Of a stretch of 64,000 nucleotides of DNA, positions 19,222-28,278 are shown piece by piece. This stretch comes from an uncultured Acidobacteriota bacterium (lineage in GTDB: Bacteria; Acidobacteriota; Thermoanaerobaculia; UBA5066; DATFVB01), in contig CAWEYG010000001.1 of assembly GCA_963813155.1 (NCBI GenBank), positions 672,001 to 736,000 on the forward strand, written 5' to 3'. The notes below the pieces were generated by a model. That model saw nothing but the letters and a program-made list of their open reading frames with translations. It was not told the origin of the DNA and did not search any database. The position numbers and the translations under genes are program-made. Each line of letters opens with the position of its first letter. Positions within the stretch are counted from its first letter, which is position 1.

Positions 19222-20433
19222 CTACCTTCCGAAGAGCTTCGCCAGGATCGCTCCGCTCTCCCGTAGCGATGTTCCGTAGAAGAATACCCAGCCGAGCATC
19301 ACGTACTGAAACGTGAGGGCAACCGAGGCCGCCCGGCCCGGCAGCCCGCGGGGAACGGCGGGCGCCCCCCGCCGAAAGCGGGTCCACCTCCAGTGCGCGA
19401 AGAGGCCGATCGCGTGCCACAGTCCCCAGGCCGCGAACGCGGCGTCGAGCCCGTGCCACAGGCCGATCGCGACCATCGTCACGGCCTGGCAGACGAAGAC
19501 CGCCGCCGTCTCCGGAAGCCCCGGAGACCGGCGTCGCAGGGCTCGTCCCAGCGGAAAGAACACGTAATCGCGCATCCAGCTCGACAGCGTGATGTGCCAG
19601 CTCTGCCAGAAGCGGGTGAGATTCCGCTGGAGGTAGGGAAACTCGAAGTTCTCCGGAATCGAGAAGCCGACGAGCTTCGCGGTCCCGATCGCGATGTCGG
19701 AGTAGCCCGCGAAATCGAAGAAAAGCTGAAAGCCGAAAACGTAGAGAGAGATCCACATCCGCGGAGTCGATAACCCGGCGTGCGGCAGGTCCAGGGGAAG
19801 GCCGCCGAGAAAGTCGGCGAGCGCGAACTTCTTGAAGATTCCGACGAGAACGCGGCGGCCGCCCTCCGCGATCTCGCCGAACTTCGGCTTCGGATAGTCC
19901 TCGTTGCGGCGGAAACTCGGAAAGCGGTCGATCGGACCCGCGACGAGCGTCGACGGAAACAGCACGTAGAGGAGCAGTTCGGAAAAGCGCATTTCGGGAA
20001 AACCGGGGCGCCGCGCTTCGACGAGAACGTGGATCAGCCGGAACAGAACGTAGGAGGCGCCGAGCCACGCTCCGAGCGAAAGCAGGTACTTGCCGGGAAT
20101 ATGGAGGGCCGCGTACGTCGCGCGCTGCAGCCCGGACCACTTCAGGCCCAGGAGAACGAGCAGCAGCGCGGCCACGCCGAGCCGGCAGTTCCGTTCGCGG
20201 CGCTTCGACGTCGCGGCCCGATAGACGGCGAAGACGAGGCCGATCGAGAGGAGAAAGAGCAGCGCCGAGAGGCGGCGCGCCGGAACGTGGCGCAGGGACA
20301 GGAGGACCCCCAGAACGACCGTCGCGCAGAGGAGGATCGCCCGCCGAGCGCCTGCGCCGCCCGCGAAAAAGTAGAGCGCCACCGCGGCTGTCGCCGCGAG
20401 CAGGACCGGCGCCGGCGAGCTGAAGACCTCCAT
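19222..20433 (-). CDS. MBOAT family O-acyltransferase (DltB/AlgI-like)
   Basis: LVAGPIDR, FDFAGYSDIAIG, ENFEFPY, FWQSWHITLSSW, IGLWHG catalytic His. Confidence 0.93.
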   Translation of the reverse strand: MEVFSSPAPVLLAATAAVALYFFAGGAGARRAILLCATVVLGVLLSLRHVPARRLSALLFLLSIGLVFAVYRAATSKRRERNCRLGVAALLLVLLGLKWSGLQRATYAALHIPGKYLLSLGAWLGASYVLFRLIHVLVEARRPGFPEMRFSELLLYVLFPSTLVAGPIDRFPSFRRNEDYPKPKFGEIAEGGRRVLVGIFKKFALADFLGGLPLDLPHAGLSTPRMWISLYVFGFQLFFDFAGYSDIAIGTAKLVGFSIPENFEFPYLQRNLTRFWQSWHITLSSWMRDYVFFPLGRALRRRSPGLPETAAVFVCQAVTMVAIGLWHGLDAAFAAWGLWHAIGLFAHWRWTRFRRGAPAVPRGLPGRAASVALTFQYVMLGWVFFYGTSLRESGAILAKLFGR

Positions 20434-20577
20434 TCAAAATGCCTGATAGATGAACGGGATTGGCTGGCCTCGCCAGAAGATCGCGATCGCCGCCAGCAGC
20501 AGAAAGAGCAGGAACGCCGCGACGTTCTCCCGACGCCACCACCGGACCGTTTCGGACGCCGGGGCCGCTTCGCTCAT
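20434..20577 (-). CDS. DltX-like acyl-shuttle microprotein (47 aa)
   Basis: MSEAAPASETVRWWRRENVAAFLLFLLLAAIAIFWRGQPIPFIYQAF*: single TM and C-terminal FIYxxF; ATGA overlap with GT2 stop; its stop abuts the MBOAT ATG. Confidence 0.8.
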   Translation of the reverse strand: MSEAAPASETVRWWRRENVAAFLLFLLLAAIAIFWRGQPIPFIYQAF

Positions 20578-21467
20578 CCCGCGATCTCCCGCGCGACAAT
20601 TCTTCTCCCGAAGAGGACGCGCCACGACGCCGCGAGCAATCCGAGAAAGAAAAACAACCTGCGCCGGCGGGCCCGGCCGTGCGCGACGGAGCGGCAGTAC
20701 TGCCAGTATTTCCGGCGCAGCGCCTCGCGCAATCGCCCTTTCGCGACCGCCCGGATCGTGAAAAAGAGCTCGTTCTTGTAAAACCCGAAATTGTCGTAGA
20801 TGTGGGTCTTCACCCGGCTTCCTCCGTACGGCGACGCGAGGTGGACGAGGACGGCCCGCGGCTCGTAATAGATCCGCTGGCCGGCCGCCGCCATCCGAAG
20901 CGAAAGGTCGCTCTCTTCCCGAAACGAATTTCCCCTGTAGCGCTCGTCGAACCCGCCGACTCTCAACGCGTCCTCCACGCGCAGCGCGCAATTGCCGCCC
21001 GGAAAGGCGTTCGTGAAACCGGGCTCGGTCGCGGTGAACATTCCGTGCGTGATCGCGAACTCGTCGAACCAGAGGACGTCCCTTCCAACGGGAAATCCCT
21101 CCTGCAGGACACGGCCTCCGACGGCGCTCAGCTCCGGGCGGCTGCGGAAGGATTCCAGAAAAATCTCCACCAGGTCATTGCTCATCTTCACGTCGTCGTC
21201 GACGAAAACGAGGTAAGGAGCCCGCGCGCGCCGCAGCGCAAAGTTGCGCGCCGCCGTCAGCGACGGAGGGCCCGTTCGAAAGTAGCGAAAACGACGATCC
21301 CGGATGCCGTCGAGGGCGAGCCGTGTCTCGTGCCGGTGCGACCGCGTTTGATCGACGACCAGGAGCTCGAGATTCCCGTGACTCTGGGCGAGCACGTCCC
21401 GGATCGTCGCGAGCAACTCTTCTTCACGGTTGTAGGTGGGAATCGCGACCGTGATGTCGGGATCCAT
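20574..21467 (-). CDS. GT2 family glycosyltransferase
   Basis: VAIPTYNR, ARNFAL, FVDDD, GGFDE, REESDL. Confidence 0.9.
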   Translation of the reverse strand: MDPDITVAIPTYNREEELLATIRDVLAQSHGNLELLVVDQTRSHRHETRLALDGIRDRRFRYFRTGPPSLTAARNFALRRARAPYLVFVDDDVKMSNDLVEIFLESFRSRPELSAVGGRVLQEGFPVGRDVLWFDEFAITHGMFTATEPGFTNAFPGGNCALRVEDALRVGGFDERYRGNSFREESDLSLRMAAAGQRIYYEPRAVLVHLASPYGGSRVKTHIYDNFGFYKNELFFTIRAVAKGRLREALRRKYWQYCRSVAHGRARRRRLFFFLGLLAASWRVLFGRRIVAREIAG

Positions 21468-21473
21468 CGGCCG

Positions 21474-22749
21474 CTACAGCATCCTGCCGACAAGCGCCGC
21501 GAGCGTATCGGGCAGGGGCACGGACTCCTTCGTCGCATCATCGGCTTCTGCGCACGCGATGAGGACGCCCTGCAGCTCCGCGGCCGAGAATTTCGCGGCT
21601 CGCTGGTAGCACTTGTACCAGAGGTAGGGGCTCCCCTCCAGGAGAGACGAGGAAAAGGGCCCCACGGGCTCGGAGAGGCGCGGGTGAACCCGGGCCGTAT
21701 ACGTTCCGTACGTGATCGAGGGATCGATCTTCGTTCGCGTCTCGTCGCAGCGAGCCTTGACGATCAGGAGCCTTCGCACTTCCGAGAAGAACATGGAGAA
21801 AAATCCGCGGAGGGGATCGTCTCCTTTGAGCTCGCGATCCCCCGCCCGAAGGGCGCGGCCCGAAAGAACCCGGCCGAGCCGGTGGAAGGTCTCGGCGCGA
21901 TCGCGCCGTCCGAGAGAGTCGAAGAACGCGTACAGATCCTCGGAACGCCCGTCGGCGACGAGGGCCTCCACGTCGCCGGACGCGCACCTTTCCGCCCGAT
22001 TCCGCCCACGCGAGCACCTTTTCGAGCTCGGAGTCGAAGCGCCGGGGGTCGGCTTCGGTGAGCCGCAGAAGCGCCTCGACGGCGGCGGGATCGAGAGCCA
22101 CGTCCTTCTCCGCCGCGAGCTTCTTCGCCCGCGACGCGAGGAAACGGGCAAATTCCTCCGGCTTGGAGGAGACGTCGTTGATCGTGCCATGCTTTCGGAA
22201 AGCCTGATAGAGAGCGGAAGTTTTCGGGGGATCGACGGCGCGGGCGAGCAGAACCGTGCCCGCGAGACCTCTTTCGAGGTGCTCGAGCACGGCCGAAGCC
22301 GCGGGCGCCGCGTCGCCGATCGGTCCGGGGAGGGCCCGAAGGATCTCCAGCAGAGTCTCGGCCGCCTCGGGACGCCGCGCCTTCTGGGCCGCGGCCGCGG
22401 CGGCCTCCTCCGGCGAGCCCTGGATTCTCAGGGCGGAAAGCAGCGCGCGAGTCTTCTTGAACGCCTCCCGCCGGCCCGAAGGCGTGTCCTTGATCCACGC
22501 TTCGACGGCTTCCTCGACGAGCGAACCCGGAGACTCCCGGCCGAAGAGGCCCGAAAGGTCGGCTTCGACGAGCCGTTTCTCGGCGAAAAGGGAGCCGTGG
22601 GTGAGCGCGATCGGGAGCCGATCGGCAAGGTCCTCGTCGGAGATTCTCTCGACTTCAGTCTCCGGGGAGGCGAGCGATGCGCGGATTTCCTCGGCGGCTT
22701 CGTCCACGAAAAACTCGTGGCTGCCGGTCACGAGAATCGCCTGACTCAG
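21474..22749 (-). CDS. holA: DNA polymerase III delta subunit (HolA-like); frameshift at ~21985; start uncertain
   Basis: ILVTGSHEFFVDE N-terminus, LDPAAVEALL...DSELEKVLAW, C-terminal AEADDATK. Confidence 0.65.
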
Positions 22750-23135
22750 TCGAGGAGCCCTTTTTCCGACAGTTCCATGCAGTCGAGGCAATACGGCGTC
22801 CAGGGAACCGCTTCGAGGCGCTTCTCCATCAGCGGGCTCGAGCAGTGGGTACACGTGCCGTAGATGCCTTCATCGATCCGGACAAGAGCCTGCTCGATCA
22901 GCTGAACGAGTGTCCGTTCGGTGTCGCTCAGGGAAAAGAGGAATTCCTTCGTGTAGGAAGACGTCGCCTTGTCGGCGATGTCCTGCGTCGACTCGTCCGA
23001 GTTCTCCTGACCCGCGTCCTTGTTCTTGACGAGCTCCTGCGAAATCTCGTCTTTCTTCGCGAGGAGGGAGCGACGGTACTTTTCCACGTCTTTCTTCGAA
23101 ACCCGCACGCTGGATGACTTGGCAGAAGTTGGCAT
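22746..23135 (-). CDS. dksA: DksA/TraR C4-type zinc finger protein
   Basis: DIADKA, EGIYGTCTHC...RLEAVPWTPYCLDC. Confidence 0.88.
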   Translation of the reverse strand: MPTSAKSSSVRVSKKDVEKYRRSLLAKKDEISQELVKNKDAGQENSDESTQDIADKATSSYTKEFLFSLSDTERTLVQLIEQALVRIDEGIYGTCTHCSSPLMEKRLEAVPWTPYCLDCMELSEKGLLD

Positions 23136-23141
23136 TCCGAT

Positions 23142-23615
23142 TCACTCCTTTTCTGAGAACGGCAGATGATAGCGCAAGCCGGCCTGAATCGACAATGCCC
23201 GGTACACCTGCTCGACGAGGAGCAGGCGCGCCATCTGGTGGGGAAACGTCATTTTGGAGAGTGAGAGAACTTCGTCCGCCCGGGAGACCACCTCCGGCGA
23301 CAGTCCCGAGGCTCCTCCGACGAGAAAGGAGATCGGCCGGGGATCGCGATCACGATGGTTCGAAAGCATTGTTGCGAACTCGTCGGAGCTCTTCATGCGG
23401 CCTCTTTCGTCGAGCGCGACGACTCGTCCCCGAAGAGCCGCGAGAATTCGGGCGCCCTCCCGCTGTGCGGCGCGGTCGTCGCGGTCCCGCTCGGGGCGAA
23501 TGACGACCTCCTCCAGAGAGGCCCAACGCGAAAGCCGGCTCCAGTAACGCTCGATTCCTCGGGCGTATTCCCCGGCCTCCGACTTTCCCACCCAGACGAA
23601 GCGCAGGGCGAGCAC
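23142..23615 (-). CDS. rlmH: 23S rRNA (pseudouridine1915-N3)-methyltransferase
   Basis: LDERG, FLVGGASGL, SLSKMTFPHQMARLLLVEQVYRA...YH. Confidence 0.93.
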   Translation of the reverse strand: MLALRFVWVGKSEAGEYARGIERYWSRLSRWASLEEVVIRPERDRDDRAAQREGARILAALRGRVVALDERGRMKSSDEFATMLSNHRDRDPRPISFLVGGASGLSPEVVSRADEVLSLSKMTFPHQMARLLLVEQVYRALSIQAGLRYHLPFSEKE

Positions 23616-23633
23616 GCGGAGGCGGGCGTCCGG

Positions 23634-24002
23634 TCAGACCGCTGACGCGAAGCGAAGCGTCTCGTCGCCCGCGTCGCCCCAGAGGCGCTCGAGAGCGTAG
23701 AACCGCCGCGCCTCGTCGAGGAAGACGTGGAAAACGACGTCGCCGTAGTCCAGGAGGATCCAGCGCGCCGAGGACCGCCCCTCGGCCGAAACGGGGCTCC
23801 GGTGAAGCGACTTCATCGCCGCCTCCACCGCATCGGCGACCGACTGCGAATGACGCTCGGACGTCGCCGAACAGATCACAAAGTAATCGGCGAACGACGA
23901 AATGTCGGAGAGGTTCAGAACGAGAAGATCGGCCGCTTTCTTTTCGAGTGCCGCCGAGACGACCTCCCGCACGACGGGGTGTGGGGATCCGGAACCCTTC
24001 AA
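23634..24002 (-). CDS. rsfS: ribosome silencing factor
   Basis: EKKAADL, DYFVICS, WILLDYGDVVFHVF, FYALERLW. Confidence 0.93.
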   Translation of the reverse strand: MKGSGSPHPVVREVVSAALEKKAADLLVLNLSDISSFADYFVICSATSERHSQSVADAVEAAMKSLHRSPVSAEGRSSARWILLDYGDVVFHVFLDEARRFYALERLWGDAGDETLRFASAV

Positions 24003-24616
24003 CGCGGGCCGGCTCCGGGTGCGACGGTGTAAAGGCCTTGTTTGAAGATGTACTCCTCCACCGGCCCGGGGGTGAGCGCCGAGATCGATTCACCCCGGGA
24101 AACCGCGGCCCGCAGGTCGGTCGAGGAAATTGTCACGCGGACCGATCCGAAAATCAAGATCGAATTCTCCCGTCCCCTCCAAAAGGGTTGCTCCAGGATC
24201 GGTCCCGGCTCGAAGGGCTCCCGAACGAAAACGACGAGCCGCGCGAGGCGAAGGATTTCTTCCGGCTCGTGCCACCGGGGGAAGCTCTCCCAGGCGTCGC
24301 TTCCGAGCAGAAAATATCGCTCGTCGGAGGGATGGGCTTCGGCAAACTCCCGAAGCGTGTCGACGGTGAACGAAGGCTCGGGCCGGTCGAGCTCGCAGAA
24401 CGACAGCACGCTCCGCGGCCGGCCCGCCAGAGCGAGCGCGAGCATCGCGACCCGGTGGCGCGAATCCGCCGCGGCCGAGTCCTTTTTCCACGGAGACCGG
24501 CGATTCACGACGTAGTGAACCCGGTCGAGGCCGAGCGATTTCGCGACGAAGTCGATCGGGCGCAGATGTCCCTCGTGGACCGGATCGAACGTCCCGCCGA
24601 AGACTCCGATCTTCAC
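23999..24616 (-). CDS. nadD: nicotinate-nucleotide adenylyltransferase
   Basis: GVFGGTFDPVHEGH, SFTVDTL, LGSD, ISSTDLR. Confidence 0.93.
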   Translation of the reverse strand: MKIGVFGGTFDPVHEGHLRPIDFVAKSLGLDRVHYVVNRRSPWKKDSAAADSRHRVAMLALALAGRPRSVLSFCELDRPEPSFTVDTLREFAEAHPSDERYFLLGSDAWESFPRWHEPEEILRLARLVVFVREPFEPGPILEQPFWRGRENSILIFGSVRVTISSTDLRAAVSRGESISALTPGPVEEYIFKQGLYTVAPGAGPR

Positions 24617-25614
24617 GACTCGTGCCCGGTCCCCGGCTTCCCGATCCGAAAGAGAGCATGGACGAGATCGGTCAGCCCCGTTCCGGCAGCGGCCGAAACG
24701 GCGAAAAACGGAATTCCGCGGCGCCGGGCCGCCTCTTCGATCGAGGCCAGGCGGGCCGGGTCCGCCGAGTCGATCTTGCTCGCGACGAGAATCTGCGGAC
24801 GCGCGGCGATCTCGGGTGAAAAAGCCGCGAGCTCGCCCTCGACGGCCGCGATGTCGGTCCCGGCATCGCCCTCCTGCGACGAATCCACGAGATGGCACAG
24901 GGCGCGGCACCGCTCGACGTGCTTGAGGAAACGGATACCGAGGCCGGCTCCTTCGTGCGCTCCCCGGATCAACCCGGGGATGTCGGCCACGACGAGAGTG
25001 TCGTCGCCGCGGCGGACGACGCCCAGATTGGGAACGAGCGTCGTGAAGGGATAGTCGGCGATCTTCGGCTTCGCGGCCGAGATTACCGAAATCAGCGTCG
25101 ATTTCCCCGCGTTCGGGAGCCCGATGATCGCGACTTCCGCGAGCAGCTTGAGCTCGATCCCGAGCTTTCGGACCTGCCCGGGGAGGCCCGGTTTCGCGAA
25201 CCGCGGAGCCTGACGGGTCGACGTCGCAAAATGTTGATTTCCCCAGCCGCCGTTTCCGCCCTTGGCGATCAGAACGCGTTCGTCCGCTTGCGTGAGGTCG
25301 GCAAGGACCTCTCCCGAGTCCTCGTCGCGGACGATCGACCCTACCGGCAGGAGGATCTCCAGATCGTCGCCCCGTTTTCCATGGCAGTTGGACCCGAGAC
25401 CGTGCTCGCCGCGCCCGGCCCGGTAGTGCGTCTGGTGCCGAAGGGGATAGAGCGTGTTCAGCGATGCCGTCGAGCGGACGTACACGTCGCCGCCGTCGCC
25501 GCCGTCGCCGCCGGAAGGCCCGCCCCGCGGAACGAATTTCTCGCGCCGGAACGCGATACAACCGTTCCCCCCGTCTCCGGACGAGACCATGATCTGCGCT
25601 TCATCGATGAACAC
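24613..25614 (-). CDS. obgE: GTPase ObgE
   Basis: FRREKFVPRGGPSGGDGG, GLPNAGKST, DYPFTT, DIPG. Confidence 0.97.
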   Translation of the reverse strand: MFIDEAQIMVSSGDGGNGCIAFRREKFVPRGGPSGGDGGDGGDVYVRSTASLNTLYPLRHQTHYRAGRGEHGLGSNCHGKRGDDLEILLPVGSIVRDEDSGEVLADLTQADERVLIAKGGNGGWGNQHFATSTRQAPRFAKPGLPGQVRKLGIELKLLAEVAIIGLPNAGKSTLISVISAAKPKIADYPFTTLVPNLGVVRRGDDTLVVADIPGLIRGAHEGAGLGIRFLKHVERCRALCHLVDSSQEGDAGTDIAAVEGELAAFSPEIAARPQILVASKIDSADPARLASIEEAARRRGIPFFAVSAAAGTGLTDLVHALFRIGKPGTGHES

Positions 25615-25628
25615 AAAACGACCTTATC

Positions 25629-25655
25629 AAAAGAAAAGCCCCGTCCTACGGGGCT
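25629..25655 (-). terminator. intrinsic terminator after rpmA
   Basis: AGCCCCGT/ACGGGGCT stem followed by T-rich run on the minus strand. Confidence 0.75.
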
Positions 25656-25680
25656 CTCCGAGTCTCTCCGAAAGAAGAAA

Positions 25681-25950
25681 TCAGCGGCTGGGCTGCTCGA
25701 GCGCGTCGATCGCGATGTACCGCCCGCGGCGTCCGCGGTCGCGGAACCGGACGACGCCCGGAATCTTCGCGAAGAGCGTGTCGTCCTTGCCGCGGCCCAC
25801 GTTTTCGCCGGGCTGGAATTTCGTCCCGCGCTGCCGGACGAGAATGGACCCTCCCGTGACCGTCTCGCCGCCGAACGCCTTGACGCCGAGGCGCTGCGAA
25901 TTCGAGTCGCGGCCGTTGCGGGAAGAACCCTGGCCTTTCTTGTGTGCCAT
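25681..25950 (-). CDS. rpmA: 50S ribosomal protein L27
   Basis: [16 protein letters not shown]...RQRGTK. Confidence 0.98.
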   Translation of the reverse strand: MAHKKGQGSSRNGRDSNSQRLGVKAFGGETVTGGSILVRQRGTKFQPGENVGRGKDDTLFAKIPGVVRFRDRGRRGRYIAIDALEQPSR

Positions 25951-25953
25951 GGC

Positions 25954-26274
25954 TTACCCCTCGATTCCGTCGATTCGGACTTCGACGAGCTGCTGGCGGT
26001 GGCCCTTCGTCCGCCGGTACTGCTTGGTCCGTTTCTTTTTGAAAATGAGAACTTTGCGGCTCTTCAAAGACGCGAGCACCGTCGCGCGAACCGAGACCCC
26101 GCTCAGATGGGGAACGCCGGAGCGAAAACTGTCGCCGTCGGCGACGAAGGCCACTTCGTTGAACGTGATCACGTCGCCCTTCGAGACCTGCTCGTGAGCG
26201 ACCTTCTCGATCCGGACGACGTCGCCCGGGCTGACCTTCACCTGTTTCCCGCCGGTTGACACGATGGCGTACAT
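25954..26274 (-). CDS. rplU: 50S ribosomal protein L21
   Basis: MYAIVSTGGKQVKV...KGHRQ. Confidence 0.97.
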   Translation of the reverse strand: MYAIVSTGGKQVKVSPGDVVRIEKVAHEQVSKGDVITFNEVAFVADGDSFRSGVPHLSGVSVRATVLASLKSRKVLIFKKKRTKQYRRTKGHRQQLVEVRIDGIEG

Positions 26275-26302
26275 GACTCTCCTCCCAGAACGAAAGCGGG
26301 TA

Positions 26303-26330
26303 ATCTTACCAAGAGTTTGCACCATGTCAA
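26303..26330 (-). promoter_or_regulatory. sigma70 promoter of rplU-rpmA
   Basis: TTGACA-N16-TAAGAT with TGn extended -10. Confidence 0.7.
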
Positions 26331-26405
26331 GTCCGAGCCCGACCGGGCGGCTTAAGCTTCTCCGAACTTGCGCCGCGAAGCCTCTGCGCTGAGGATAATG
26401 GGCCA

Positions 26406-26897
26406 GTGGCACCCGACTCCCGAATCGACCGCCGGAGCCTCCTGGGTTTCCTGACCGGAGGGCTCGCGGCAGCGATCGCGGGAACGGTCTCGGCCGTTTT
26501 CTGCCGCTACCTCGCCGGCAGCGCGTCGGCCCAGGGGCTCGAAGGAACGGCTCCCGTATCGCTCGGAAAGCTCTCCGACTGGCCCGCGGGAAGAGACCCC
26601 GTTCCGCAGACCGTGTCCTTCCTGGAGCGGGACGGCTATTCCCGCGAGACGAGGCGAGAGCGGGTCTTCCTGGTCCGCGACGGGTCCGGAGCGGCCGTTT
26701 TTTCGGCTACCTGCACTCACCTCGGTTGCGCGGTCGCCTGGGACGCAGGCTCGCAAACGTTTCGGTGCCCGTGCCACGGCGGCGTGTACGGAATCGACGG
26801 ACGAGTCGTGTCCGGCCCTCCTCCGCGGCCTCTCCGGAGGCTTCCCATCGAAATCCGCGACGGAGAGGTTTTCGTTCGCCCGTCGGAGCTCGCGTGA
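26406..26897 (+). CDS. Rieske iron-sulfur subunit of a cytochrome bc complex
   Basis: Tat-like DRRSLLG, CTHLGC and CPCHGG, GPPPRPL. Confidence 0.93.
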   Translation: MAPDSRIDRRSLLGFLTGGLAAAIAGTVSAVFCRYLAGSASAQGLEGTAPVSLGKLSDWPAGRDPVPQTVSFLERDGYSRETRRERVFLVRDGSGAAVFSATCTHLGCAVAWDAGSQTFRCPCHGGVYGIDGRVVSGPPPRPLRRLPIEIRDGEVFVRPSELA

Positions 26898-28273
26898 AGC
26901 GATTCCTCGAGCAGTTCGACGCGCGGACGGGAGCGATCACCGCGCTTCGAGCGTTCTTTCGGAACCCCACACCCTCCCGGGGCGGCTGGCTCTTCACGCT
27001 CGGCTCGGTCGCCCTCTTTCTCGTCCTGCTCCAGTTCGGAACCGGCGCTCTCCTCGCGATCGCGTACGCACCCACTCCCGACCACGCCCGGGCGAGCGTC
27101 TGGTTCGTCGAGAAACGGATGCCGGCCGGGTCGCTCGTGCGCGGCCTTCATTCCTGGGGCGCGTCCCTGCTCGTCGTGATCGCGCTCGCCCACCTGTTCC
27201 GCGTGCTGTACCACGGTTCCTACAAGGACCCGAGGCGCGAGAACTGGTGGATCGGCCTGGCGCTCCTCGCGGTCATCCTCGCTTTCGCGTTCACGGGATA
27301 TCTCCTTCCGTGGGACCAGAAGGGGTACTGGGCGACCGTCGTGGGCGTCCGGATCGCGGCGATCGTGCCCGGAGTCGGCCCGGCGCTCGCGCGACTCCTC
27401 TCGGGAGGGGGACGCGTCGGTGCCTCGGCGTTGACGAGGTTCGCGACGGTTCACTTCGTCGTTCTTCCGGCCGTCGCCGCGGCCCTCGTCCTTCCCCACC
27501 TGCTGCTCCTGCGACGCCACGGGCACGCCGGCCTCCCCGGCGACGACTCCCCGCGGGAGCCGTTCTTCCCGAACCAGACCGCCCGCGACGCGGCGGCGAT
27601 CGCCATCGTGTTCGGCCTTCTTCTCGCGCTAGCGCATTTCTCCCCCGCGCCTCTCGAGGCGACGGCCGATCCGTCGGACTCGGGATACGTTCCGCGTCCC
27701 GACTGGTACTTCCTGTCTCTTTTTCAGCTGCTCCACTATTTCCCGGGCCGGACGGCCGTCGTCGGCGCCGTCCTGATCCCCGGCGGGATCGCGCTCCTGC
27801 TCTTCGCGCTTCCGTTTCTGGATCGGGCTCCGGGACGCGAGCCGAAGCCGCGCCGCGTCTGGATCGCCCTTGGCGCCGCGATTTTCGCGGGAGCGGGCGT
27901 CCTGACGGGCTTCGCGGTCATCGAACAGCCGGCATCCTCCCGCCTCGCCACGGCGGAGCCTCCCCCGCCGCCGCTCGCGTTCGGTTCCGCGGACCTGCGC
28001 AACTACGACGTGTCGTCGCTTCCGACGGCCATCGCGCACGGCGGAAGGCTCATCGCGACGAAGAAATGCCTCGAATGCCACCTCGTCAACGGAGACGGAA
28101 ACGGCAAGGGGATCGAGCTGAAGCACGTCGCCGAACGGCGGACGCGCGACTGGCTCATCGCGCACTTCAAGGACCCGCAGGACCTCGTCCCGCACTCGAA
28201 GATGCCGCCCTACGACGACCTCCCGGAGCGCGACCTGCAGGACATCGCGAGCTACCTGCTCGCACTGCCGTAG
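26894..28273 (+). CDS. cytochrome b (b6 + subunit IV) fused to a monoheme cytochrome c
   Basis: RGLHSWGAS, HLFRV, GYLLPWDQ, RPDWYFL, C-terminal CLECH and KMPPY. Confidence 0.92.
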   Translation: MKRFLEQFDARTGAITALRAFFRNPTPSRGGWLFTLGSVALFLVLLQFGTGALLAIAYAPTPDHARASVWFVEKRMPAGSLVRGLHSWGASLLVVIALAHLFRVLYHGSYKDPRRENWWIGLALLAVILAFAFTGYLLPWDQKGYWATVVGVRIAAIVPGVGPALARLLSGGGRVGASALTRFATVHFVVLPAVAAALVLPHLLLLRRHGHAGLPGDDSPREPFFPNQTARDAAAIAIVFGLLLALAHFSPAPLEATADPSDSGYVPRPDWYFLSLFQLLHYFPGRTAVVGAVLIPGGIALLLFALPFLDRAPGREPKPRRVWIALGAAIFAGAGVLTGFAVIEQPASSRLATAEPPPPPLAFGSADLRNYDVSSLPTAIAHGGRLIATKKCLECHLVNGDGNGKGIELKHVAERRTRDWLIAHFKDPQDLVPHSKMPPYDDLPERDLQDIASYLLALP

Positions 28274-28278
28274 ACGCC

